Notes: generated by a model not told the origin, from the sequence alone. A DNA stretch of 64,000 nt from a virus (IMGVR_UViG_3300032284_002783:12658-76657); one strand, 5' to 3'. Positions 16,769 to 26,744 are shown, numbered from the stretch's first letter. Numbers and translations: made by a program.

Positions 16769-17218
16769 TTAGGCGATGTAGAGAGAACTGCGGCCAGAAT
16801 GTTCTCTGACCTCTACTGTCTTTATGATCAGTCGAGATATATTACTTTCATTCAAGTGATTTTGAATAAAAAGAAAAACATGCTCTGCAAACTTTTCTAT
16901 TCCTACACCTGGCATGGTTTTTAGATTGATTATACCAAGATCGCATAATCTATTGAATTCGTCGATTGCCGGATCATCATCACTTATTATAGTTGTGTTA
17001 TGAAATGTAGATCTTAGATAATCATTTATAATTATTTCCAATGAACAAGGAACATTAGTTAAATCTTGATCTAAATTAAAACTTTCAAAAACTATTTTAA
17101 CCGATATATTAAATCCTTTTAAGATTTTATCCCGATCGTCTATAGCCCGAAAATTTCTTACTACACACGATAGATTCTCATTATGATCATATGTAATGGT
17201 AGATACATATCGTCCCAT
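16769..17218 (-). CDS. QueD/PTPS-fold protein, apparently lacking catalytic residues
   Basis: STITY..SC..R, DDDP, GVGIEKFAE, VEVREH patterns of phage QueD-like proteins, but no HC..LHG motif. Confidence 0.55.
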   Translation of the reverse strand: MGRYVSTITYDHNENLSCVVRNFRAIDDRDKILKGFNISVKIVFESFNLDQDLTNVPCSLEIIINDYLRSTFHNTTIISDDDPAIDEFNRLCDLGIINLKTMPGVGIEKFAEHVFLFIQNHLNESNISRLIIKTVEVREHSGRSSLYIA

Positions 17219-17306
17219 ATTTTATTGTAAATGAAAAATTTGATTTTGCAAATCAGCATTGATTTTAACAATCATTCTTGTATACTAGAAAAAACATGAG
17301 GAAAAA

Positions 17307-17660
17307 ATGAATAAGATCGGTGAGCAAGATCTAAAAGACTGGAATACCTATATCAACAAACTTTGGTCAGAACCGGAAACATTTTTCAAACCAAAGAAAG
17401 CTCGGCAAGATGAACAACAGATTTTAGATCTGCACGGCATGACGATTCAAACTGCCTTTAATAAAACTAGACAGTTTGTTCAGCGTCATTACGATATTGG
17501 TTCAAAACTTATTACAGTTATCACAGGCAAGAGCGGCAAGATTGCCGAAGAGTTTCCTCACTGGCTAAACAATCTTCCTTGCATTCACAGCTATGAACAA
17601 CTAGAAGATAGCAGGGGACAAAGCGGTGCTTACATTATTCGGCTGAAAAAATCTAATTAA
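17307..17660 (+). CDS. Stand-alone Smr-domain protein
   Basis: LDLHGMT..A...VITGKSG..WL..GAYIIRLK. Confidence 0.85.
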   Translation: MNKIGEQDLKDWNTYINKLWSEPETFFKPKKARQDEQQILDLHGMTIQTAFNKTRQFVQRHYDIGSKLITVITGKSGKIAEEFPHWLNNLPCIHSYEQLEDSRGQSGAYIIRLKKSN

Positions 17661-18013
17661 TCTTGGTGTCTAAACCAAAGAAATGTAGCGTCCTCAAGGA
17701 AGCTGTTAATGTCGCCTATAAATTCAGCCGTGTGGGCCCAGTGCCATTGACCTGTCTTTTTATTATTGAATGGCAGACCATTAAACGTCGTGTTAGGCAA
17801 ATCTAACCTTACGTTACTAGTAAAATCACAAACCCAATTGTTAGCATACAAACTATGCATTACACCTCTGTCACTTTGTTCCAAAATGATATTAGGACTT
17901 GAACATTGATAGGTAAGACAGCCATATTGTTTACTACCTACCATGTATTCGGGCAAACGAATAGTATTATCCACAAATAGTAGTTTATCGGCGTATTCAA
18001 TTGGAAATTTCAT
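17657..18013 (-). CDS. Hypothetical protein
   Basis: ORF with its own TTGACA-16-TATAGT promoter (18047-18020). Confidence 0.6.
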   Translation of the reverse strand: MKFPIEYADKLLFVDNTIRLPEYMVGSKQYGCLTYQCSSPNIILEQSDRGVMHSLYANNWVCDFTSNVRLDLPNTTFNGLPFNNKKTGQWHWAHTAEFIGDINSFLEDATFLWFRHQD

Positions 18014-18139
18014 CAAAATACTATAACATATTCTAAAATCATGTCAACTGTTAAGTAGATAGATAATTTTTGCTGCAACTGCTAAATATGTTGCACTGCA
18101 CAATAAAATCTATTATATAATAAACAGGAGGTAGTTATT

Positions 18140-18301
18140 ATGTGTAAGAGAGTGAACCGTTGGTTTAAAAAGGTATGGAAAAACATGTCTCAAGATCCAA
18201 TTGAAGCATATCTCAGCCAAGCCACAGATTCTGTGGATTTGGAGCATCGTATGCGTACCGTAACCTATCGTATGATTAACAAACCTACATGGAGACAGTA
18301 A
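18140..18301 (+). CDS. DUF3563-like small protein (53 aa)
   Basis: AGGAGG SD; MCKRVNRWFKKVW..IEAYLSQATDSVDLEHRMR; not in the ORF track. Confidence 0.65.
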   Translation: MCKRVNRWFKKVWKNMSQDPIEAYLSQATDSVDLEHRMRTVTYRMINKPTWRQ

Positions 18302-18302
18302 A

Positions 18303-18470
18303 ATGGAAAATATGCGTGAAATGAACGAAACACTAGTAAAGTACATGGTAGAGTCAACTCGTCAAGCTGTTGAGTTTGGTCAGAAGGCTTGGACCGACTA
18401 TGTTGAACTATCCAAGACTATTATGAATAAAGTTCCAGGTATGGATACTTGGACTAAAAACAAGAAGTAA
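18303..18470 (+). CDS. Small amphipathic helical protein (phasin-like?)
   Basis: MENMREMNETLVKYMVESTRQAVEFGQKAWTDYVELSKTIMNKVPGMDTWTKNKK; starts 1 nt after the upstream stop. Confidence 0.55.
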   Translation: MENMREMNETLVKYMVESTRQAVEFGQKAWTDYVELSKTIMNKVPGMDTWTKNKK

Positions 18471-18489
18471 AAACTACTAAAAACTTACA

Positions 18490-18519
18490 AAAAAAGCTAG
18501 CTGAAAAGCTAGCTTTTTT
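18490..18519. terminator. Bidirectional intrinsic terminator
   Basis: AAAAAAGCTAGCT-gaaa-AGCTAGCTTTTTT. Confidence 0.85.
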
Positions 18520-18521
18520 CT

Positions 18522-18757
18522 TATCGTAGGCTGCTCAATGTCAGCTTGTGGAGCTTTTCCAACAGTTACTTTGGATTCTTATCTTCACCGTATCAGGTTG
18601 TCATCTTCGGTGAATAGTTGGTTGTGTCCCTTTAACGATGTCCGGTACTCCGATCCGCTCAACCCTGCACGTTGCTCTCACTCACACTTTATAAGGTCTG
18701 ATTAATAAATCGCCTTACACCCTGTACGTCTGCGTGTCTATCCACGCCGCTACGATA
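18522..18757 (-). ncRNA. Unassigned ~235-nt RNA with tRNA-like terminal domain
   Basis: 8-bp terminal stem TATCGTAG/CTACGATA; D-like hairpin GCGTG-gataga-CACGC; T-like hairpin GCTG-acattgag-CAGC; internal hairpins; ends at the terminator. Confidence 0.55.
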
Positions 18758-18786
18758 TGTATATTAATACATAACAGTTTGAAAAA

Positions 18787-19434
18787 CTACAATAATACTA
18801 ATTTTTCATGTTTAACTATACACTTAGGATCAACATAAATTTCCCAGCCTTTTTCCTGTGCTGTCCAACAAAATCCAACATCCTCAGCACAGAAATCATG
18901 GAAGGTTTCGTTTGAAATCCATCGTGGTTGAAACCATGGATAATCTAATGATTCCATCACTCCTTTTTTGATTGCAATAAAACCAAATCCTGTATAGCTG
19001 ACCTTAAATAGAGCAGATTTTGTTTTTAAATCATCGTCATTTAAGAACTTAAATGTCCCATAATCTTTTAAATGTGCATAGTTGAGGTTTTCTACTACAG
19101 GATAATTGATGCCGTCACTCATATGATATAATCCAGCAACAATGTCTCTATTGTGATTTAACAATGTTAGTATAGAATCAGCCGACCATACAACATCTGA
19201 ATCAATCCATATTTGATAGTCATAGTCTATTTGTCCTTGCCACGGTTTTTGTTTTTTACCATTAAGATTATTACCGCCTAAAATTCTATTTCGACAATAA
19301 TAAACAACGGGATCATAATCCATGCAATATGCATAAGATATGTTATTCTGTGATAGAAGATTTATTGTATGATTCCAACTATTAAACCAGTTGTTTGAAA
19401 AAGATTTACCCGGCAGACAGAATATAATTCTCAT
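18787..19434 (-). CDS. Glycosyltransferase (GT-A fold)
   Basis: WIDSD, TGFGF, PWF, AEDVGFC motifs. Confidence 0.75.
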   Translation of the reverse strand: MRIIFCLPGKSFSNNWFNSWNHTINLLSQNNISYAYCMDYDPVVYYCRNRILGGNNLNGKKQKPWQGQIDYDYQIWIDSDVVWSADSILTLLNHNRDIVAGLYHMSDGINYPVVENLNYAHLKDYGTFKFLNDDDLKTKSALFKVSYTGFGFIAIKKGVMESLDYPWFQPRWISNETFHDFCAEDVGFCWTAQEKGWEIYVDPKCIVKHEKLVLL

Positions 19435-20162
19435 TATCTGTTTTCTCTCCAGGGGAATCCCATAGGGTACTTTGATTTCATAACTGAATTACCTTGAATA
19501 AAAAAGTCAGCTGTAACACTACCTGGGTTTCCGTCTAATCTATAACAAACAGTGGCCTTACCAGTGCATTTATAGTTTGGATCATATTGATCAATTATTG
19601 AATAAAATCTTCTATCGCCGCCCCATCCGCTATACCATGCAGATGCTAGGCCTACAATAGTTTCTTTTCTAATACAATAAGTAGATGTATCAACTAATCT
19701 ATGTTGATCTGAAAGATATATAGGCCAACGTCCTAGGCTTTCACAATCATCATCACAAATATAGTTAAGATTGCTATCATATATTTTTCTCAAACTATGA
19801 CACCAATGTAAATTGTAGCAATTAATAGTGTCTATCATCGTTTGCACGTGATCGGGTAAGAACCAATTATCTTCATCACAATATAAAATATAATCATGAT
19901 TAAACAAAAAACTAGCTGCTGCTAGTATTCGATGTCCATACCATCCATCTTTTCCAGTATTTTCAGGTAAAACACAATGCTTGACGGCGGGATATTTTTT
20001 TAATATCTCTAGTGACCTACCAGCAAATTCTGGACCATCTATAATAGACCAAACATCTATCTTATCAATTATTCTATTAAATTTTTGATTTGTAGCCCCA
20101 TTTAAGGCTTGAACCAGTTTTTCCGTACCTATAGTTGGTATGACGATTACAGCAGATACCAT
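19434..20162 (-). CDS. Glycosyltransferase family 2
   Basis: VIVIPT, YCDEDNW..PDH, VDTST, GGDR. Confidence 0.8.
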   Translation of the reverse strand: MVSAVIVIPTIGTEKLVQALNGATNQKFNRIIDKIDVWSIIDGPEFAGRSLEILKKYPAVKHCVLPENTGKDGWYGHRILAAASFLFNHDYILYCDEDNWFLPDHVQTMIDTINCYNLHWCHSLRKIYDSNLNYICDDDCESLGRWPIYLSDQHRLVDTSTYCIRKETIVGLASAWYSGWGGDRRFYSIIDQYDPNYKCTGKATVCYRLDGNPGSVTADFFIQGNSVMKSKYPMGFPWRENR

Positions 20163-20197
20163 ACCAAATTATAGCCAATGCCGCATAAATTTCCTAG

Positions 20198-20926
20198 TTA
20201 AAAATACCACACAAAGTTCTTAACGTATGAATCTCGATCGATTTCATTTAATGATAAAAACTCTTCTTCCATTTTGCGCCATTTATCCATCAATGGTATT
20301 GAAATAGATGGATACCAATAACATCCAAGAGCATTTCTGCTCCAAGGAAATCTTCCTTTTATTCTAAACTCGTTGAGCATATCAATGACTATCCAACGAA
20401 GATTGCTGCCAGAATCAATACTTAAACTATTTCTATCAAAAGATGTAGTGCTTAGCCATTCTCTAACCTTTAGTCGTATAGGCAATGGTGCTAGTCCAAT
20501 GGTTGTATTAACGACATTACTAGTCCAAACCATAGAACTGCTTCGATGTGCTTGATCTATTACACCAGGAATACCCCGTCTGATAGGCACCAAATGATCT
20601 CTGGTTCCCATCCATGGTAATATGCTACAAGCATGATTAACACGATTTCCAGAATGAATAACTGGTTCAGACAAAACACTAGAATAAAAACATCTGTAAT
20701 CAGCAGTTGGAATTTTAGATTTTCTAAATCTTACAGCTTGTCGTGAAGATAGATAAGATGGAGGTTCCCAGAGACCAATAACATCTTTTTCTATAGTTGG
20801 AGTTTTGATTTCACCATAAACACCCTGTGCAAATCTTTCATTTCTTTTCTGTTTGTGTACTAGATGCTTTTTAACATCTTTAGGCAGCTGATCTGTCGCT
20901 AGGTACATTGGCTGTTTCGGTCTCAA
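20198..20926 (-). CDS. Hypothetical protein, possible degenerate HNH fold
   Basis: TRDHLVPIRRG...NVVN segment. Confidence 0.45.
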   Translation of the reverse strand: MRPKQPMYLATDQLPKDVKKHLVHKQKRNERFAQGVYGEIKTPTIEKDVIGLWEPPSYLSSRQAVRFRKSKIPTADYRCFYSSVLSEPVIHSGNRVNHACSILPWMGTRDHLVPIRRGIPGVIDQAHRSSSMVWTSNVVNTTIGLAPLPIRLKVREWLSTTSFDRNSLSIDSGSNLRWIVIDMLNEFRIKGRFPWSRNALGCYWYPSISIPLMDKWRKMEEEFLSLNEIDRDSYVKNFVWYF

Positions 20927-21881
20927 TAAAGATTTTTTTACCGTGTTTGCGAAGTTTGAATCCTTTTACATATAGCTCATTTTTTGAATCAAATGTAGCA
21001 TTCTGCAGGCCGTATGCAAACTGTTCAATATGCCCGATACTATAACCATAAACATGGTTGATTCCAAGAATATGAAGAATAAGATTTTTAATTCTAACCA
21101 TGCTGAGATCTTTGATTTTTGTCCAATCAAGCATATTAGATTCAATTTCAGCATTTTTCAAATCATTCTCGGCTAATGCTGTGGTCAATTCCCAGGCTTC
21201 GCCTAGTAACTCAATACTTTTGTTAATATTGATATCTGCAATATCAAATCTTTCAGCGATCACTGGCCACACAGCATGACGAATATAGTTTCGATCATAT
21301 TTCAAATCTGCATTACTCGTATCTTCACAATGTTTGATGTCATTCATTGCAGCATATGCCTCAATGGTGCTACGACTCACGTTAAGTAAAGGTCGAATAA
21401 CATTTACATCTGCATCGTACCAGCAAGTTGTAACAGCAGGCATACTCTTAAGTCCGCGAATGCCACTGCCGCGGAATAGTTTTAGAAAGAATGTTTCAAT
21501 TTGATCATTCATATGATGCGCCAACACTAGGCTGTCTGCACCTGTTGCACAGAATGCCCTATAACGTGCTTGTCTAGCAGCATACTCAACATTTTTACCA
21601 AAGACATCAATTGATACCTTTTGTACTGTACATTTAAGACCAAGATTAGCACAGGTGTGCTCTACCATAATGGCCCACTCGGCACTTTGTGGATGAATGC
21701 CGTGATCAATGTGCATGACTTCAAAAATGTCAGGTAGGTTATTTTTGTTTTGTGCTAACCAATGTAGAAGTACCATGCTGTCAATGCCACCACTGACACC
21801 AATAATACATTTCTTTGAATCTTTGATAGAAGATTCAAACCATTCCAAATTGATTAACTGCATTTGAGGTTCCATTTGCAT
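20880..21881 (-). CDS. tilS: tRNA(Ile)-lysidine synthetase
   Basis: GVSGGIDSMVLL PP-loop, HIDHG, ARQARY, LAHHMNDQIETF, RGSG, IRPLL, YDRNYIR. Confidence 0.95.
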   Translation of the reverse strand: MQMEPQMQLINLEWFESSIKDSKKCIIGVSGGIDSMVLLHWLAQNKNNLPDIFEVMHIDHGIHPQSAEWAIMVEHTCANLGLKCTVQKVSIDVFGKNVEYAARQARYRAFCATGADSLVLAHHMNDQIETFFLKLFRGSGIRGLKSMPAVTTCWYDADVNVIRPLLNVSRSTIEAYAAMNDIKHCEDTSNADLKYDRNYIRHAVWPVIAERFDIADININKSIELLGEAWELTTALAENDLKNAEIESNMLDWTKIKDLSMVRIKNLILHILGINHVYGYSIGHIEQFAYGLQNATFDSKNELYVKGFKLRKHGKKIFIETETANVPSDRSAA

Positions 21882-21906
21882 AGAATATACTGAATTAAAA
21901 TATAAA

Positions 21907-22359
21907 TCAAGGCAATAATGCTGTATCGACTAATTTTTTCAACTTATTAGCAGCTCGTTCGCTGGCAAATAACTGTTCAACTCCCCAATGCAGGGGTTTT
22001 GGCAAATCATCAATAGTGGTCCACATATAATCACAGCTTTCCCAGTTCAACTTTGGATGAAAAGTTTTTTCGATTATACTTACATATGTATAAAACTTGA
22101 AACGCGGTGCATGCGTTTCATTGGTATAGAGTAAATGCAAATCACGAGGAATTTGATATCCTACCTCTTCGCGGCATTCTCTTATTGCTGCAACCTTTGG
22201 ATCTTCATTACCATCTACTCCGCCCCCGGGAAAGCACCATGTTAAAGGTGTCGGAACAAAGTCTGATCTTTTAATCAGTAGAAATTTCTTGCTCTCTGGT
22301 ACAAAGAGTAAACAGCCTGCACCATATTTTGTTGGATATAAAAGATCATTTGAACGCAT
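21907..22359 (-). CDS. NUDIX hydrolase
   Basis: PGGGVDGNEDPKVAAIRECREEVG Nudix box. Confidence 0.92.
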   Translation of the reverse strand: MRSNDLLYPTKYGAGCLLFVPESKKFLLIKRSDFVPTPLTWCFPGGGVDGNEDPKVAAIRECREEVGYQIPRDLHLLYTNETHAPRFKFYTYVSIIEKTFHPKLNWESCDYMWTTIDDLPKPLHWGVEQLFASERAANKLKKLVDTALLP

Positions 22360-22367
22360 ACCAATAT

Positions 22368-23726
22368 TTATCTTTCAACAGCAGGCATCTTTTTTAGCTC
22401 TTGAATTTCCTTTCTATAAATTGCACGCATTTTCTCTTTGTCTTTTAGAATAGCATTATAATCTGCGATAATTGCCTTAAATTCTTTTATTTTATCCACA
22501 GTTTCTGCATAACTATCCTTAGCCCAACGATAAGAAGGTAAAGAGCTAAGACGATCAACTTGTCCATCATCTAGTGTAATGCCTTTGGTAATCTTCCTTA
22601 TTTTGTCGACGACATCTTGTTTGTCCTTAGCTTTGGTCAAAAATGCAGGCAACCCTTGATCCATACATTCCTTTATTGCAAGATACCAATTCAAATTGCG
22701 GTTAGCATCTGCTAGCAGTTTTTCATATCTAACTTTATAAAAACCAAGTCTCCATTCAACAAAGTCTCTAATCAACTTTTCAGCAGACTCATATTGCTTG
22801 ATAGACGTACCATTCCAATCAAGAACAACAATTCGTTCGGTTGTTTTACTACGTAGTTTTAAGAAGTCAATTGCCTTGTCTTTTGTCCAACCATCAATAC
22901 TTCCACGTTTAAACTTGATTTCAACTCGTATATTCTTTGTGCTTTTATCCGTATAATTTTGAATCTGATCCTCGTCCTCCATACGATTTAAACGCTCTTT
23001 GAATTTTTCCAAGTTAAGAGTTGGAGGCAGTTCGGTAACTATAACGCTGCTCCCATCAATTTCTACTTTACCAGAAAACTCATAGCTATTATTGCCAAGA
23101 GATTTTACTGTGGCATTAAGAAAATCATAATACGGTAACAGCTCAGGTAATTTCTTTTTGTCGTCAAGTGCTGCAAGTGTAGCGTCAATGAGTGCATCGA
23201 GGGATCTGGGTAATATTTCTGTACTCCAACCAACAGCAATACCACTAACTCCATTAAGAAGAACTATCGGAATAAGTGGCAAAAAGTGTTTAGGTTCTAA
23301 TACTGATCCATCGTAGTTTTCTTTTAAAGGAATAATGTCATAATCCTGATATATTAAATTCTCAGTATGAGTACTTTTCTTTACATATGTATATCGAGGA
23401 GCACCCCAATCAGTTGGACCAACTCTGGTGCCAAATGCACCAATACCATGAAGCAAGGTAACGTTGTTGCAATAGGGTGCAGCCATCAAACTTATAGTAT
23501 CACATGCTGCTGCATCTCCGTGTAGATAAACGTTCTCGCTGATCATTCTACCAGCCAAGCTAATTGTTTTAATCTTGTCTGATTGACTTTTCATTACGAA
23601 CAACGCTTTACGCTGTGCATCTTTTAAACCATCGCTAACTGACGGAATGCCGCGGCTTTGACAGACATAAATGCTGTAGTCTCGGCTGGTGTCTTTGATA
23701 AAGGTAGTTGTGTCTTTGTATGTCAT
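22368..23726 (-). CDS. Type II topoisomerase, GyrA/gp52-like subunit
   Basis: RGIPSVSDGLKDAQRK, YLHGD, APRY catalytic Tyr, LLNGVSGIAVGWST. Confidence 0.93.
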   Translation of the reverse strand: MTYKDTTTFIKDTSRDYSIYVCQSRGIPSVSDGLKDAQRKALFVMKSQSDKIKTISLAGRMISENVYLHGDAAACDTISLMAAPYCNNVTLLHGIGAFGTRVGPTDWGAPRYTYVKKSTHTENLIYQDYDIIPLKENYDGSVLEPKHFLPLIPIVLLNGVSGIAVGWSTEILPRSLDALIDATLAALDDKKKLPELLPYYDFLNATVKSLGNNSYEFSGKVEIDGSSVIVTELPPTLNLEKFKERLNRMEDEDQIQNYTDKSTKNIRVEIKFKRGSIDGWTKDKAIDFLKLRSKTTERIVVLDWNGTSIKQYESAEKLIRDFVEWRLGFYKVRYEKLLADANRNLNWYLAIKECMDQGLPAFLTKAKDKQDVVDKIRKITKGITLDDGQVDRLSSLPSYRWAKDSYAETVDKIKEFKAIIADYNAILKDKEKMRAIYRKEIQELKKMPAVER

Positions 23727-23735
23727 TTCTTTTGC

Positions 23736-23978
23736 CTAGTTTGAAAGTTGATATAAAACAAGATCTTCCATGGTTTCAAATTCAATGAACCACTTTATGT
23801 ATGTATATACAGAATCTGCATGAATACTCCTCCAAACTTTAGCTGTTGGAGCATGTTGTCTACACCAAGATTCTGCCTTAACAGTTTCAGTATAGTCAAT
23901 AAATGGCAGATAAGAATCTAGATCTATATCAGTTATGACTCTTTTTTCATTTATTGTGAGTTTATATTCATTAGTCAT
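23736..23978 (-). CDS. Small hypothetical protein (same family as 4495-5831)
   Basis: WC...WFIEFETMEDLVLYQL. Confidence 0.6.
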   Translation of the reverse strand: MTNEYKLTINEKRVITDIDLDSYLPFIDYTETVKAESWCRQHAPTAKVWRSIHADSVYTYIKWFIEFETMEDLVLYQLSN

Positions 23979-24072
23979 TTATCATTGATTTTACTGGATT
24001 TCTAATAGATTTTGCAAGTGCTTTATTGAAACTTGAATGTTGTAAATAGTGTGCTAGCAAGGAGTAATAGAT

Positions 24073-24861
24073 ATGGATAGGTTTTCATTACCAACACAAG
24101 AACAAGTAGAATTAATTATTGGCAGAGCACAGACTGTTGGGACACCAATACGAGCTGTTGCAGATTCTTTAAGAATTGGACCAACGATTGCTATTCAAAA
24201 TCTATCAACTGTACAAACAGATAGTGCCGTACAGGCCGCTGTAGCCGCAATGCAAATTCAATTAGATCGCGATTGGCAAGCTGCTTGGGGAACTACAGCA
24301 ACACTGATGTTTTACTCACGCAATCAAAGCATTCCTTCGACATATTGGCCAATTTATATTCTTGATACTACCGATACCAGCGGAGCATTAGGTTATCATG
24401 ATGAGCTAGTCGGCGGTCGTCCATATGGTCGTGTATTTGCCAAAACTGCAGCACAATACGGTTATAGTTGGACTGTAACATTAAGTCATGAATTGCTGGA
24501 AATGATGGCCGATCCTTATGTTAACCTTACAGTCTTTAATCAAACAACTTCAAAGGCAGGTCGCTTATATGCTTATGAAGTAGGGGATCCTGTTGAAGCA
24601 GATATGTATGGATACAGAATCAACAACATTTTAGTAAGTGACTTTGTGTTTCCTAGTTGGTTTGATACTTATGCAACAGCTAGAGGCACACGTTACGATC
24701 AAACAAATCATGTGTCAGCACCATTTCAGATCTTAACTGGAGGATATATGAGTGTGTTTAATGTTACCAATGGATCAGGTTGGACAATGATCACACACAA
24801 TAATATCGAAACAGCAGAGCCTCCTCTAAGCGATAGAAATCGTTGGCTTAGAGACGATTAA
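24073..24861 (+). CDS. Putative zinc metallopeptidase
   Basis: ALGYHD, SHELLEMMADP, YEVGDPVE, SDFVFPSWF; TAAATA and AGGAG upstream. Confidence 0.55.
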   Translation: MDRFSLPTQEQVELIIGRAQTVGTPIRAVADSLRIGPTIAIQNLSTVQTDSAVQAAVAAMQIQLDRDWQAAWGTTATLMFYSRNQSIPSTYWPIYILDTTDTSGALGYHDELVGGRPYGRVFAKTAAQYGYSWTVTLSHELLEMMADPYVNLTVFNQTTSKAGRLYAYEVGDPVEADMYGYRINNILVSDFVFPSWFDTYATARGTRYDQTNHVSAPFQILTGGYMSVFNVTNGSGWTMITHNNIETAEPPLSDRNRWLRDD

Positions 24862-26744
24862 AGGCTAATCCAGTCTTTACGATCATCAGCTCTATCAGCA
24901 TTGAATATAAGATCCAATGCATCTGATAGATTTCCATCGTCTACAATAGGTATTAATTTTGGACTAGCTAGACTGTGAATCCAGTCGGCTTCTTCTAAAC
25001 TACCCAATCCCTTAGCTCGTGTTGGCTTTGGACAGTTCTTCCAATCATCTGGATTATACTGTTGATAATCATCTGCATACCAATAAAACCTCTTCTTGCC
25101 TTTTTCTTGTATGATAAATGGTGTTTGAAACGCATAGAAAAATGCTGGAAGCTTAGGGTCAAATAACTCAGGCCAATGCAAATAAAAGAAATTTATAAGC
25201 AAGGCCGTGATGTTAGCACCGTCTGGATCTTGGTCAGCTGCTAGATATACTTTACCATAGCGTAAATCTTCTCTAACTGCAGTCTGACCTAATCCTACGC
25301 CTATTGCAGCCATCAAGTCTGTAATTATTTGATTTTCAATGATAATTTTTGCACTTTCACCCCGAACATTAAGAATCTTACCTCGTAATGGTAGTGCTCC
25401 ATATATTTCGGGATCTCTCACAGCGCTAACCATTGTTTTAGCACTATCACCTTCTGTAATAAGCAAAATACATTTAGTTCTGTCTTTACCGTTAGCATCC
25501 AGTAATTTTGGAACCTTTGCACGTAATAGCTTACGATTAGCCTTTGCTAAATCAGCATCCTCTTTTTTCTGCGTACGAGCCGCACAACGTTCATAAATTG
25601 CATTAACCCAAGATTTATGCTGTTTAATGATCGTTTTAAAGGTGTTTTCATTCTCTAGTGTTTGCTTAATCCATTTATCAACATCATCATTGATAAGTCG
25701 AGTTTTACTTTGACTATCAAAGTTAGGAGCATGCATAAAGGTCACATTATAAATTAACAACCCTTCGCTTATGTCAGACCTATTTGGTGTTAGTCCGCGT
25801 CTCTTATTTTCACGTTCTAATGCCTTTAGCATACCACCAAAGAATAATCTCTTGAATGTATCTATATGCTGACCTCCATTGAATGCAGGAATATCATTAA
25901 CTGTACTGTGTATATATTCACCGTCTTTGGCAAAACCGGGTACTAGATAGTAGTCACTTTTAAACTTGTCGCCGCTAATGTTTATAGTAGCAACGTCGCA
26001 ATCACTAAAAAGTGTTTTTTCAATATTTTTACCAACAGTAACACGTTCACCATTGAATAGAAACTTGATGCGTGGATGATTAGCGGCAACTTCAAACACT
26101 CTAGCCTTAATAAAATCTAATGGAATAAGTGCCTTCTTGAATACAGTTGAACTTAGGGTGAACTTAACATAAGTGCCTGTTTTGCCATTACTGCTGCTGG
26201 TAATCTTAGGTTTACCAATTTCTAGCTCAGGTATAAGTTCTGATCCTTCATGAAATGACTGTTGAAATCTCTTACCATCTCTCCTAATATCGACTGAGAA
26301 CTCAGTAGAGCAGCTTACAACGACACTAGCTCCTATACCATTGGTACCTCTGACTTCTTCTCTGGTACCAAAGTTACGTCCCGCTCGCGCCTGTGTTAAG
26401 GCTAGTGTTGCCTTGTGCATTCGTTCATTTTCGTCGTAGTCAATTGGAATACCGCGGCCGTCATCGCTAACTGAAAATGTTAATGTAGATGGATCATAAG
26501 TGATTTCTATTTTACTGCCGTGATTATGACCAACAACCTCGTCTAGCGCATTGTCGAACACTTCTCTAAAAGCACAATATGCAGCAGGTGTCCAAGAACT
26601 ATCAACTGCTTCAAGCTTTGATCCGGTCCAGTTTACGATAGTTTGGTTGTGAACATTTCTACTGCCCAAATACATTTCTGTGCGATTTCGATGGTGCTGC
26701 CAGTCAGTTAGTTTAATGATTTCGTTTGATATTTTTTCAGCCAT
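24858..26744 (-). CDS. Type II topoisomerase, GyrB/gp39+60-like subunit
   Basis: EVFDNALDE, DDGRGIP, GTNGIG (GHKL ATPase); EGDSA, PLRGKILNV, DQDPDG (TOPRIM); KGLGSL. Confidence 0.95.
   Translation of the reverse strand: MAEKISNEIIKLTDWQHHRNRTEMYLGSRNVHNQTIVNWTGSKLEAVDSSWTPAAYCAFREVFDNALDEVVGHNHGSKIEITYDPSTLTFSVSDDGRGIPIDYDENERMHKATLALTQARAGRNFGTREEVRGTNGIGASVVVSCSTEFSVDIRRDGKRFQQSFHEGSELIPELEIGKPKITSSSNGKTGTYVKFTLSSTVFKKALIPLDFIKARVFEVAANHPRIKFLFNGERVTVGKNIEKTLFSDCDVATINISGDKFKSDYYLVPGFAKDGEYIHSTVNDIPAFNGGQHIDTFKRLFFGGMLKALERENKRRGLTPNRSDISEGLLIYNVTFMHAPNFDSQSKTRLINDDVDKWIKQTLENENTFKTIIKQHKSWVNAIYERCAARTQKKEDADLAKANRKLLRAKVPKLLDANGKDRTKCILLITEGDSAKTMVSAVRDPEIYGALPLRGKILNVRGESAKIIIENQIITDLMAAIGVGLGQTAVREDLRYGKVYLAADQDPDGANITALLINFFYLHWPELFDPKLPAFFYAFQTPFIIQEKGKKRFYWYADDYQQYNPDDWKNCPKPTRAKGLGSLEEADWIHSLASPKLIPIVDDGNLSDALDLIFNADRADDRKDWISL

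Noticed and set aside
18113-18346. Minus-strand 77-aa ORF
   Set aside because: Shadow of two + strand small genes that have SD and terminator support
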